IMG/VR virus record: IMGVR_UViG_3300025429_000083
Location: 1 to 24,355 of that record
Length of the DNA stretch: 24,355 nt
Origin: a virus
Lineage: Duplodnaviria > Caudoviricetes
Reading direction: 5' to 3' (one strand)
The position numbers and the translations under genes were made by a program. Positions within the stretch are counted from its first letter, which is position 1. Each line of letters begins with the position of its first letter. This document shows, in pieces, positions 1-8,907 of the stretch. Below the pieces are notes generated by a model. It was not told where the DNA came from. It made no database searches and saw nothing but the letters and a program-made list of their open reading frames with translations.

Positions 1-30
1 TTGCACAACCACAATAAAGTGTTGTAATAT
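1..30 (+). promoter_or_regulatory. Putative sigma70-type promoter for scaffold/capsid operon
   Basis: TTGCAC (1-6), 18-nt spacer, TAATAT (25-30), upstream of SD GGAG (69-72) and ATG 79. Sits at the window edge. Confidence 0.45.
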
Positions 31-78
31 AGTCACAACCTACCGTTGGGTTCAGCGGGTCAAATCTTGGAGTTATCC

Positions 79-1002
79 ATGTCAGAAGCAAATGTAGCAG
101 AACGTTTGGCATCAAACGTTGTAACAAGTGAAAATGTAGTTGAATGGAATGTTAATAAGTTAGGTTTAGCTACCGAACCGGCCCAAACTGCGGCTGAAAC
201 CGTTGAGGAAACTCCAGTTTCAGAGCCAGTAGCCGAAGAAGGTCAGAGTGAACCAGCCGTAACTGAACAGGAAACGACCGAAACAGAGGAACGAAAACCC
301 AACCCCAAGTTGGAAAAGCGGTTTTCAGAGTTGACCAAAGCACGTAAAGCGGCAGAAGAATCAGCCGCCCAAGAACGTGCCGCTAGGGAAGCGCTGGAAG
401 CACGTTTGCAAGCTTTAGAAGGACAGCAATCGAATAAGAAAACGAATGAGGTCAATACAAAGCCACAACCTGATGACTATGCAGATGCGTTTAGATACGC
501 TGAAGCTTTAGCCGAATGGTCAGCAAACGAAGCAGTAGCAAGACGTGAACAGGAAATAAAGCAACAAGCTGAACAGGCCAAGCAACAAGAAGTAATGAAA
601 ACTTGGCAACAAAAGCTTGAAGCAGTAAAAGCTGAATTACCTGATTACGAAGATATGGTTGCATCATCAACCGTTGCTGTAAGTGATGCGGTGCGTGATG
701 CGATTTTGGAAAGTGATGTTGGTCCACGGATTCTGTACGAATTAGCTTCAGATGATGAACTGGGTGCCAAGATTGCAAACCTATCTACTGCACAAGCTTT
801 GAAAATGATTGGTAAGTTGGAAGCGAAGTTTGAGGTGCAAACCGAAGAACCAGCTAAGAGTAAGCCTGTTGCGGTGAAGTCTAATGCACCGAAACCTATT
901 AATCCTATTCGTGGGACTGGCAGTCAAAGCGTATATACAGATGGCGAACAAATCGACTATCAAGCTTGGAAAGCCGGCCGCAAATTAGGAAAGATTCGTT
1001 AA
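79..1002 (+). CDS. Capsid scaffolding protein
   Basis: Acidic E/A/Q-rich coiled-coil protein with a basic C-terminus (YQAWKAGRKLGKIR) directly upstream of the coat gene, as in P22-like phages. Start moved to ATG 79 because of SD GGAG at 69-72. Confidence 0.8.
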   Translation: MSEANVAERLASNVVTSENVVEWNVNKLGLATEPAQTAAETVEETPVSEPVAEEGQSEPAVTEQETTETEERKPNPKLEKRFSELTKARKAAEESAAQERAAREALEARLQALEGQQSNKKTNEVNTKPQPDDYADAFRYAEALAEWSANEAVARREQEIKQQAEQAKQQEVMKTWQQKLEAVKAELPDYEDMVASSTVAVSDAVRDAILESDVGPRILYELASDDELGAKIANLSTAQALKMIGKLEAKFEVQTEEPAKSKPVAVKSNAPKPINPIRGTGSQSVYTDGEQIDYQAWKAGRKLGKIR

Positions 1003-1039
1003 GGTAACAATTTAATTTATCCTTAAAGGAATTAGTATC

Positions 1040-2284
1040 ATGGCAAATAATTTATTGACGATTTCAAAAATTACTAATGAAGCTTTGATGGTTCTAGAAA
1101 ACGAACTAACATTTACTTCTGAAGTTGACCGCAATTATGATGATCAGTTCGCTGTCGTTGGTGGAAAAATTGGCGCAACCGTTAACGTAAGACGTCCTGG
1201 ACGCTTCGTAGGTGCGACAGGTCCCGCCCTTTCGGTCGAGGATTTTAACGAAACTTCTGTACCAGTAACATTGACAACCCAATTCCAAGTTGCGACCCAG
1301 TTCACAACCCAAGATTTGGCATTGTCTTTGGATATGTTTTCGGACAGAGTTTTGAAACCCGCTGTAGCAACTATTGCAAATAAGATGGACCGTGATGGTT
1401 TGTTGATGGCTAAAAACAATACCGCTAACATCGTTGGTACTGCTGGTACTGCACCAACTGGTTTGATTACCTACTTGACAGCCGCCGCTTACCTTGATTC
1501 TGAAGGTGCGCCACGTGACGGTCGCCGTAGCTGTATCGTTGAACCATTCACATCAGCAACTATCGTTGATAGCTTGAAAGGTTTGTTCGTTCCACAAGAA
1601 GCAATTGGCGAACAGTATCGTAAAGGCTTGATGGGTCGGGATTCCGGCGGCATGAATTGGAAAATGGACCAAAACGTTCAGGCACAAACTTTCGGTAGCT
1701 ACTCAGGTGCTACATTGTCTTGTAACGTTACAACTGCAACTGGCTTCTTGACTTCAGGTTGGGCGCAAACTTCTACCATCACTATTGGTGCTACAAGTGC
1801 GGCCGCTACATTGAACCAAGGTGACACATTCACCATCAACGGTGTATATGCAGTTAACCCACAAAACCGTCAAGCTTACGGTTCAGGCAAACTACGTTCA
1901 TTCGTAGTTACTTCAGCCGTGTCTATCAGTTCTGGTGGTACTGCTTCTGTTACTGTTTCCCCAGCAGTTATTACCGCTGGTCAGTTCCAAAACGTTAGCG
2001 TAACTTCAACTGGTTCACAGACTGTTAATCCTTTCAACAACACCGGTACAACTTCTTCACAAAACATCATCATGCACCGCAATGCGTTTACGCTTGCAGT
2101 AGCTGACCTTGAGTTGCCTGAAGGCGTTCACTTTGCTGGTCGTGCATCTGATAAGGAAATTGGTTTGAGTATGCGTGTGGTTCGCCAATATACAATTAAT
2201 AACGATTCCATTCCTACACGTTTGGATGTGTTGTATGGCTGGGCACCACTCTACCCAGAACTCGCTTGCCGTGTTGCATCGTAA
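1040..2284 (+). CDS. Major capsid protein, P22 coat-protein (gp5) type
   Basis: 414 aa with the N-terminal pattern MANNLLT..ITNEALMVLENEL..KIGATVNVRRP and C-terminal RLDVLYGWAPLYPELACR, which I recognise from P22-like coat proteins. Strong SD TAAGGA and a downstream terminator. Confidence 0.9.
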   Translation: MANNLLTISKITNEALMVLENELTFTSEVDRNYDDQFAVVGGKIGATVNVRRPGRFVGATGPALSVEDFNETSVPVTLTTQFQVATQFTTQDLALSLDMFSDRVLKPAVATIANKMDRDGLLMAKNNTANIVGTAGTAPTGLITYLTAAAYLDSEGAPRDGRRSCIVEPFTSATIVDSLKGLFVPQEAIGEQYRKGLMGRDSGGMNWKMDQNVQAQTFGSYSGATLSCNVTTATGFLTSGWAQTSTITIGATSAAATLNQGDTFTINGVYAVNPQNRQAYGSGKLRSFVVTSAVSISSGGTASVTVSPAVITAGQFQNVSVTSTGSQTVNPFNNTGTTSSQNIIMHRNAFTLAVADLELPEGVHFAGRASDKEIGLSMRVVRQYTINNDSIPTRLDVLYGWAPLYPELACRVAS

Positions 2285-2293
2285 GCATTAATT

Positions 2294-2320
2294 AGTGGGG
2301 CCTAAAAACCCCACTTTTTT
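2294..2320 (+). terminator. Rho-independent terminator after capsid gene
   Basis: AGTGGGG-cctaaaaa-CCCCACT followed by TTTTT. Confidence 0.85.
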
Positions 2321-2343
2321 AAACCAAATTAAAGGAAATAATC

Positions 2344-2790
2344 ATGAGCAATCCAGGACCAGCATCAACCCAAACGATTCACCCATCAAATCTAGCTTCT
2401 AACCAAGCTATCCGTTTGATTGGTGTTTTAGTTGGCGCAAACTTGAACCAAGGTAACAACACAGATTTGTTAATCCCAGTTCAAAACACAACTAACTTTT
2501 CAGTTAGCAACGTAATCGTTACCAACGCATCTACCAGCTTGTCATCGGCCACTATTGGTCTATACCCAGCCGCTAATGCACAAGGTACAGCTATCGTTGC
2601 TGGCGCTACTGCACTATCAGGCAATACCGGTGCTTCAGTAGTTAACCAGTTAACTGTTGCTTCTACTGCAACCCAAGCTGAACAAAATTTGTATGTTCGT
2701 ATTGGTACAGCACAAGCCGCTACCGCTGACATTTATGTTTACGGTTACGACTTTAGCAACTACAACTTAACAAACCCTATTGGGGCTTAA
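2344..2790 (+). CDS. Virion protein, probable capsid decoration/cement protein
   Basis: 148 aa, beta-rich (A/T/N/V), right after the coat gene. SD AAGGA and its own terminator. Confidence 0.6.
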   Translation: MSNPGPASTQTIHPSNLASNQAIRLIGVLVGANLNQGNNTDLLIPVQNTTNFSVSNVIVTNASTSLSSATIGLYPAANAQGTAIVAGATALSGNTGASVVNQLTVASTATQAEQNLYVRIGTAQAATADIYVYGYDFSNYNLTNPIGA

Positions 2791-2808
2791 TTAAGTAAGA
2801 AGTAAAGG

Positions 2809-2839
2809 AAAAGCCATCCTCAAAAGGGGTGGCTTTTTT
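2809..2839 (+). terminator. Rho-independent terminator
   Basis: AAAAGCCATCCT-caaaa-GGGGTGGCTTTTTT. Confidence 0.85.
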
Positions 2840-2884
2840 CCTATTTAGACTTATAATTAATCATCCTCATTTAAAGGAAAAATC

Positions 2885-3214
2885 ATGTCACTTCAAACTA
2901 CAGTATTGCGTGGAAATATCTACGCTTCTTTCTTGGTTTATCCATCTTTAACACCAGCACAAGTTTCCAGTAGCACAACTGTTACCCAAACTTTTACCAT
3001 TCCTGGCTTAGTTGTTAATGATTGCGTAAATATTTCATTTAATGGGGCACAAACAACCAGCATCAGCATTGTTAATGCTTGGGTTTCTGCCGCTAACACA
3101 TTAAGCATCCAATTTGTAAATGCTTCTGGTTCTGCTGTAACCCCAGCGGCTGGTACTTACGTTTTGGCTGTTGACCGTTTAGAAGGCACAATTCTGCCAA
3201 CTAACGCCGCTTAA
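2885..3214 (+). CDS. Small virion structural protein (beta-sandwich-like)
   Basis: 109 aa, S/T/V/A-rich, SD AAGGA, in the structural cluster. Confidence 0.6.
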   Translation: MSLQTTVLRGNIYASFLVYPSLTPAQVSSSTTVTQTFTIPGLVVNDCVNISFNGAQTTSISIVNAWVSAANTLSIQFVNASGSAVTPAAGTYVLAVDRLEGTILPTNAA

Positions 3215-3223
3215 GGACTGACC

Positions 3224-3574
3224 ATGGCTAACACATCGGTATATCGCTTTATTGGCCCCACAACGGCAATTACCGTTAGTGGAACGTCATCTACTGCTGT
3301 AACTATTACCCCAGCCGGCAACGACCAAATCAACTATTGTGGTTTCCTCAATACTGGTGCAAACCCTGTTGCTATTACCATTGCCCCTGTAGTTCAGGGT
3401 TCTGGTACAGCACCAGCGGCGGTCTTGCCAACTGGCGGGAATAGCAGTCAATCATTTGTATTGGGCGTAGCAATGTCCCAACCTACAGTCATTGCAGTAC
3501 CACAAATTTTCAGCATTACCACTATCGGTACTTCTGGAACTTTGTATGTAATGCCAATGGCCGACCAATCATAA
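3224..3574 (+). CDS. Small virion structural protein
   Basis: 116 aa, T/V/A/G-rich, SD TAAGGA. Confidence 0.6.
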   Translation: MANTSVYRFIGPTTAITVSGTSSTAVTITPAGNDQINYCGFLNTGANPVAITIAPVVQGSGTAPAAVLPTGGNSSQSFVLGVAMSQPTVIAVPQIFSITTIGTSGTLYVMPMADQS

Positions 3575-3583
3575 GGAATAATT

Positions 3584-4054
3584 ATGGCAAACCCAGGCGT
3601 AGCAAATAGTTCAGTAATCAATCTTTTGCCCGTACAGGCCGAATATGATGCCAATGGCAACTGCCTGGGTCTTTTTGGTCAAGGCGGAAACGCATTACAA
3701 ACACCATTAAATGCTACTAATTTAAATATTGAAGGCAATTTAGTAATTTCTGGTACAAACCCAACATTAGGTTCTGGTTGGGGTACAAATCCTTCTATTC
3801 TTGCTAACAACACATTTTGTTTTAAAGTAACCGTTGGTACTGGCGGTGCGGCTAATGGAACAATTAACCTTCCTACTGCACCTAATGGATGGTTAGGATT
3901 TGCGGCAGACGTTACTAGCGGCAATGCAGTATTTTTGCAATTAACAGGAAGCACAGCAACTTCAGTAACTTTTACTAGTTATTCAGTTACTACTGGTGCG
4001 GCCGCTAATATGACTGCTGGGGACATTGTTCTAGTCAACTGCATCGCTTATTAA
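3584..4054 (+). CDS. Short fibre/spike-like virion protein
   Basis: 156 aa, SD TAAGGA. Shares the N-terminal NLLPVQA..GQG motif with the long fibre that follows. Confidence 0.6.
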   Translation: MANPGVANSSVINLLPVQAEYDANGNCLGLFGQGGNALQTPLNATNLNIEGNLVISGTNPTLGSGWGTNPSILANNTFCFKVTVGTGGAANGTINLPTAPNGWLGFAADVTSGNAVFLQLTGSTATSVTFTSYSVTTGAAANMTAGDIVLVNCIAY

Positions 4055-4062
4055 GGTCTAGC

Positions 4063-6384
4063 ATGACTAGCCCATCAAATTCTGCGATACAGAATTTACT
4101 ACCCGTTCAAGCTTATTTTAATCTTGACGGGTCGTTTAATACCTTTATTGGACAAGGAAAGCCGTTTTATGCAACGGCCAATCCTTTTCAATCAGGTTTA
4201 ACAATTACCAATAGCACACTAGATTCAAGCCCAATTGGTTCAACTAGCCCATCTACGGGTGTTTTTACTAATATCAGCACCACAACTGGCCAAATAACAA
4301 CCCAGCCAAGCGGTGCAACCGATATTGTTAACTTATTGGCATTGCAATCTTATGCCGCTGGCATTAGCTGGAAACAACCAGTAGCTTGTGCAACCCTTAC
4401 AAACATCACATTGTCCGGATTACAAACAATTGATGGATATACAACCCTTGCTGGCGACCGTGTAATTGTTAAAAATCAATCAACACAAGCAAATAACGGC
4501 ATTTACATAGCCGCTTCAGGCGCATGGACACGTTCTTCTGATGCAAATACATGGAATGAATTAGTTTCAGCGATTGCGTTCGTAGAATACGGCTCACAAG
4601 CTGGTTCAGCATGGTTCTGCACAGTAACCCCTGGCGGAACATTAGGAACTACCCCTGTAACTTGGTCGCAATTTACAACTTCTGCTACTTATAATGCTGG
4701 TACAGGGTTAACCCTTACAGGCTTTACATTTAGCATTACAAATACCGCAATTACAGCCGGTTCTTATGGTTCTGCATCATCTGTAGGTACATTTACAGTC
4801 AATGCACAAGGTCAATTAACTGCCGCAAGTAATACAAGTATTGCCATTTCTAACACACAAGTGTCAGGTCTTGGCACAATGTCAACCCAAAATGCAAATA
4901 ACGTAGCGATTACTGGTGGAAGCATTACAGGAACGCCTATAAGCGGTTCTACAGTTGGTGGTACTACTATCACCGCATCTACTCAATTTAGCGGTCCTGG
5001 AACCGGTTTAACAGGTACAGCAAGCAGTCTTTCTATTGGTGGTAACGCCGCAACTGCAACAACGGCTGGAAGCGCAACAACCGCAACTACAGCAACCAAT
5101 TTAGCTGGTGGTGCAAATGGTTCTTTGCCTTATCAATCAGGAAGTGGTTCAACCACATTTTTGGCCGCTGGAACAAATGGTCAATATTTAACTTTATCTA
5201 GCGGTATTCCAGCATGGGTATCTTTGCCAACTAATGTTTCATCATTTAGCGCCGGTACAACTGGATTTACACCTTCTTCACCTTCAACTGGTGCTGTAAC
5301 GCTTGCTGGTACTTTAAATATTGCAAACGGTGGTACAGGCAATACAACTGGTCAAGCCGCAAGTGTCGCTAATTCCGTTACATTTAATAACAGCGGAACA
5401 GGCGCCGCATCTGGCACAACATTTAATGGTTCTGCCGCCCAAACTATTTCTTACAATACCGTTGGCGCATCACCATTAGCCGGTTCTACAAGCTTAACAA
5501 CCCTTGGAACAGTAACAACAGGCACATGGAACGCTGGAATTATTGCTTTAGCGTATGGTGGAACAAACGCCAATTTAACTGCGGTAGCCGGTGGCGTAGT
5601 GTATTCAAGCGCATCTGCTATGGGAATTACGGCCGCCGGAACAACTGGGCAATTCTTAACTTCTAATGGCACAAGCGCCCCAAGCTGGTCAACAGTAACA
5701 ACTGCAATTACGATTACAGACGACACCAGTTCTGCAACACCTTATTACCCATTGTTTGCCAGGGTAACTTCAGGAACAACCAATACTGAATACACCAGTT
5801 CTACAAAACTTAATTACACACCTTCTACTGGTCTTTTGGCCGCAACGTCATTTAGTGGCGCTGGAACAGGTTTAACAGGAACAGCAACTAGCTTAAGTAT
5901 TGGCGGAAATGCGGCAACTGCAACTTCTGCAACAACAGCGACTAATTTGGCCGGTGGTGTAGCTGGTGCAGTTCCTTATCAATCTGCAACTAATACAACT
6001 GGATTTACTGCGGCTGGAACAACTGGTCAAATATTACAATCTAATGGCACATCAGCACCTACTTGGGTAACATTTACAGGTGGTGCAACGATTACAGACG
6101 ATACAACTACTAATGCTACTCGTTATCCATTGTTTGCCGCCGCCACCAGCGGAACACTTTCGACTGCTTATACATCAAGCACAGAGTTAAAATATAACCC
6201 TTCTACTGGTGATTTATCAGCACAACAACAAGTAGCAAGTAATGGTATTTTTGTTAATAATTTAACTGTAGGAACAAGTTACTCAATCGCAAGCGGGTAT
6301 AGCGGTCTTTCTGTAGGCCCTGTAACAGTCGCAAGCGGTAAATTAGTAACAGTTCCTAGCGGTTCTAGATGGGTGATTCTATGA
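4063..6384 (+). CDS. Long fibre protein (head or tail fibre)
   Basis: 773 aa, G/T/S/A-rich with internal repeats. Contains the phage fibre block WKQPV..ATLTNITLSGLQTIDG..GDRVIVKNQ...NGIY..GAWTRSSDA. Confidence 0.85.
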   Translation: MTSPSNSAIQNLLPVQAYFNLDGSFNTFIGQGKPFYATANPFQSGLTITNSTLDSSPIGSTSPSTGVFTNISTTTGQITTQPSGATDIVNLLALQSYAAGISWKQPVACATLTNITLSGLQTIDGYTTLAGDRVIVKNQSTQANNGIYIAASGAWTRSSDANTWNELVSAIAFVEYGSQAGSAWFCTVTPGGTLGTTPVTWSQFTTSATYNAGTGLTLTGFTFSITNTAITAGSYGSASSVGTFTVNAQGQLTAASNTSIAISNTQVSGLGTMSTQNANNVAITGGSITGTPISGSTVGGTTITASTQFSGPGTGLTGTASSLSIGGNAATATTAGSATTATTATNLAGGANGSLPYQSGSGSTTFLAAGTNGQYLTLSSGIPAWVSLPTNVSSFSAGTTGFTPSSPSTGAVTLAGTLNIANGGTGNTTGQAASVANSVTFNNSGTGAASGTTFNGSAAQTISYNTVGASPLAGSTSLTTLGTVTTGTWNAGIIALAYGGTNANLTAVAGGVVYSSASAMGITAAGTTGQFLTSNGTSAPSWSTVTTAITITDDTSSATPYYPLFARVTSGTTNTEYTSSTKLNYTPSTGLLAATSFSGAGTGLTGTATSLSIGGNAATATSATTATNLAGGVAGAVPYQSATNTTGFTAAGTTGQILQSNGTSAPTWVTFTGGATITDDTTTNATRYPLFAAATSGTLSTAYTSSTELKYNPSTGDLSAQQQVASNGIFVNNLTVGTSYSIASGYSGLSVGPVTVASGKLVTVPSGSRWVIL

Positions 6385-6926
6385 GTTCAATGGTTCTTTC
6401 AGGCGATACAAGCGGTACAGTTACAGTTACAGTTCCAGCCGTAGCTGGTACGAATACATTAACGCTTCCAGCAGTTACTGGAACAATATTAACCAATAAA
6501 TCAGTTGGAACTGTTTTGCAAGTTGTTAGTACTAATTATGCAGTTGCAACATCTTCCACTTCTAGTACTTTTGTGAGTACAGGTTTATCTGCAAGTATTA
6601 CACCATTATTTTCTACAAGTAAAATTTTAATTATTTGTAGTACAAGTGGTTCTAATTCTGCTTTTCAACAAGCATCTTCTTTTACAATTTTTAGAGGTAC
6701 TGTATCTGGAACAAATCTTGGTGATGCTACCTATGGAATGGCAAGACTTTATAATGCTTCTTCACAAGTTGATTCTTCAATTTGTTTAAATTATTTAGAT
6801 TCTCCAGCAACTACATCCGCAACAACATACACAATGGGAATGAGGGTTGGGTCATCGCCATATACAGTTACTGCTCAACTTGAAAATAGGACTGCAACAA
6901 TTACATTAATGGAGATTGCAGGATGA
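6381..6926 (+). CDS. Fibre tip / receptor-binding module A1
   Basis: ATG 6381 overlaps the fibre stop (ATGA). Motifs VLQVV, SITPLFSTSKILI, YLDSPATTSA and TITLMEIA. Paralog of 8419-8907. Confidence 0.65.
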   Translation: MSSMVLSGDTSGTVTVTVPAVAGTNTLTLPAVTGTILTNKSVGTVLQVVSTNYAVATSSTSSTFVSTGLSASITPLFSTSKILIICSTSGSNSAFQQASSFTIFRGTVSGTNLGDATYGMARLYNASSQVDSSICLNYLDSPATTSATTYTMGMRVGSSPYTVTAQLENRTATITLMEIAG

Positions 6927-7177
6927 TTAATTTACATACAGCAATTTTTTTACTTAATCCATCCATTGTTACGATTCGTGGCGATATAGCTTATGACGCT
7001 AACGAGCAAGAAGTAGCCTATGACAAAGCTGCCGTAGAAGCTAAATTAGCAGAATTACAAGCCGAAGAAATTGCACAAAAAAAAGCAGAAAATGACGCTA
7101 AAGAATCTGCAATAGCTAAATTATCAGCCATTGGCTTAACTGCCGATGAAATTAAAGCATTAACAGGAACAGCATAA
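6923..7177 (+). CDS. Small partner (putative chaperone) of module A1
   Basis: 84 aa, ATGA-coupled to the previous gene. Paralog of 8904-9137 (GD.AYDA...EV.YD, AK.SA.AKL.A.GLT..E). Confidence 0.55.
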   Translation: MINLHTAIFLLNPSIVTIRGDIAYDANEQEVAYDKAAVEAKLAELQAEEIAQKKAENDAKESAIAKLSAIGLTADEIKALTGTA

Positions 7178-7179
7178 TG
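7165..7179 (+). repeat. 15-bp cassette-junction repeat, copy 1
   Basis: AGGAACAGCATAATG, identical to 8407-8421. Confidence 0.9.
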
Positions 7180-8232
7180 GCATACGGAACAGTCAATGCT
7201 GACCAAATAGGCACAAGTGTAGCTGGCTCTAATTTAGGAGCTGGTAACGCTTCTATTATGAAGAACCGCATTATTAATGGTGCGATGGTTATTGACCAAA
7301 GAAATAATGGTGGTAGTTTTACTCAGACCACAACTACAACTTATACTCTTGATAGATTTGCATCACAAGGAACTGTAGCCTCTAAATACACAGTCCAACA
7401 AAATGCTGGTTCTGTAACGCCACCAGTAGGATTTACAAAATATTTAGGAGTAACATCTTCTTCTGCTTATTCTGTTGGTTCTAGCGATGCTTTTACTATT
7501 CAACAATCTATTGAAGGTTATAATATTGCCGACTTAGCTTGGGGAACTGCTAATGCTAAAACTGTTACATTATCATTCCAAGTATATTCAAGCCTAACAG
7601 GAACTTTTGGTGGTTCTATTCGTAATGGTGCATTAAATCGTTCTTATCCTTTTACATATTCAATTCCAGTTGCAAACACATGGACATCAATTAGTGTAAC
7701 TGTTGCTGGTGATACCACAGGTACTTGGGCTACAGATAACTCAACAGGAATAAATATTGTATTTGGACTTGGTGTGGGTTCTACCTATAGTGGAACAGCA
7801 GGAACATGGGCTGGAACAAACTACAACACAGCCACAGGAGCAATATCCGTAGTAGGAACAAGCGGAGCAACCTTTTACATTACTGGTGTTCAACTAGAAG
7901 TAGGAAGCATTGCTACTGGATTTGAGTATCGTCAGTATCAGCAAGAGTTAGCTTTGTGTCAGAGATATTATGAAAATACTATTTATACTGGATTAGGACA
8001 AACAGCAGTTTCAACCACAGCAACTACTGCTGGAATATATAACTTTTATCAATGGAGTTATAAGGTTACTAAAAGAGCTTCACCTACTGTCGGTTTGGCT
8101 ACTGGTTCGTATAATGGTAGTAGCGCAACAATTTATTCAACTGCCTCAGATTCATGGTGGAGCGCAGGAGGAAACTTTTTTGCTGCTGGTACATCAGGAA
8201 ACATTGCATTAACTGCTACTGCGGAACTATAA
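7177..8232 (+). CDS. Fibre tip module B with carbohydrate-binding-like domain
   Basis: 351 aa with KNRIINGAM.IDQRN at the start and YITGVQLEVGS.AT.FEYR....ELALCQRYY near the end, a pattern common in phage fibre modules. Confidence 0.65.
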   Translation: MAYGTVNADQIGTSVAGSNLGAGNASIMKNRIINGAMVIDQRNNGGSFTQTTTTTYTLDRFASQGTVASKYTVQQNAGSVTPPVGFTKYLGVTSSSAYSVGSSDAFTIQQSIEGYNIADLAWGTANAKTVTLSFQVYSSLTGTFGGSIRNGALNRSYPFTYSIPVANTWTSISVTVAGDTTGTWATDNSTGINIVFGLGVGSTYSGTAGTWAGTNYNTATGAISVVGTSGATFYITGVQLEVGSIATGFEYRQYQQELALCQRYYENTIYTGLGQTAVSTTATTAGIYNFYQWSYKVTKRASPTVGLATGSYNGSSATIYSTASDSWWSAGGNFFAAGTSGNIALTATAEL

Positions 8233-8233
8233 A

Positions 8234-8419
8234 ATGTATAAATTACCAATTACTCAATTAGGGCTTGATGGAAAACCTATAGAAAATAACAGCGTAATTC
8301 GCTTAAGCGATAACGCAACCATCCCTTTTGACTCAGCCAATACAGACTACCAAGAATATCTAAAATGGGTTAGCGAAGGCAATGTTGCCCAGCCAGCAGA
8401 TACACAAGGAACAGCATAA
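8234..8419 (+). CDS. Small partner (putative chaperone) of module B
   Basis: 61 aa with motif IP.D..N.DYQEYL.W..EGN, typical of small genes following phage fibre genes. Confidence 0.55.
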   Translation: MYKLPITQLGLDGKPIENNSVIRLSDNATIPFDSANTDYQEYLKWVSEGNVAQPADTQGTA

Positions 8420-8421
8420 TG
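8407..8421 (+). repeat. 15-bp cassette-junction repeat, copy 2
   Basis: AGGAACAGCATAATG, identical to 7165-7179. Confidence 0.9.
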
Positions 8422-8907
8422 TCGATTGTCCTCGATGGCTCGCAAGGAGTCACATTCCCTAATGGTACTAATCCACAAGCTGCACCTAGTAAAGTGTTGC
8501 AAGTGGTTAATGCTACTTATTCAACGCAAACAAGCAATTCAACAAGCACACTTGCTGATACTGGATTAACTGCAACCATAACTCCTTTATTTTCTACAAG
8601 CAAAATTTTAATTTGTGTAAATCAATGTGGTTTAGATAAAGATTCATCAAATGCTGGCAATGCTATTGATTTATGGATACTTAAAAATGGTTCTAATTTA
8701 ATTAGATTGGGTGGATATACAGCATATACAAACTCCACTTTAAGAAATATTGTTGGCTCACTTTCTTCATCTTATTTAGATTCACCAGCAACAACTTCCG
8801 CATTAACATATAAAACTCAATTTATGAATGTGGCAAATGTGGCATCTGTTACTGTGCAAAGCCAAGGCGTTACTTCAACAATTACTTTAATGGAAATTGC
8901 CGCATGA
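8419..8907 (+). CDS. Fibre tip / receptor-binding module A2
   Basis: 162 aa, TAATG-coupled to the previous gene. Clear paralog of 6381-6926. Confidence 0.65.
   Translation: MSIVLDGSQGVTFPNGTNPQAAPSKVLQVVNATYSTQTSNSTSTLADTGLTATITPLFSTSKILICVNQCGLDKDSSNAGNAIDLWILKNGSNLIRLGGYTAYTNSTLRNIVGSLSSSYLDSPATTSALTYKTQFMNVANVASVTVQSQGVTSTITLMEIAA

Noticed and set aside
46-78. TTG start extending the scaffold ORF
   Set aside because: No SD, and it lies in the leader hairpin. ATG 79 has GGAG at proper spacing.
2829-2857. Full sigma70 promoter at TATAAT 2852-57
   Set aside because: No credible -35 at 16-18 nt and no extended -10 TG, so it is not listed as a feature.
6381-8907. DGR template/variable repeat or shufflon explanation for paralogous tips
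   Set aside because: No reverse transcriptase or invertase in the window, all cassettes face the same way, and differences are widespread rather than adenine-specific.
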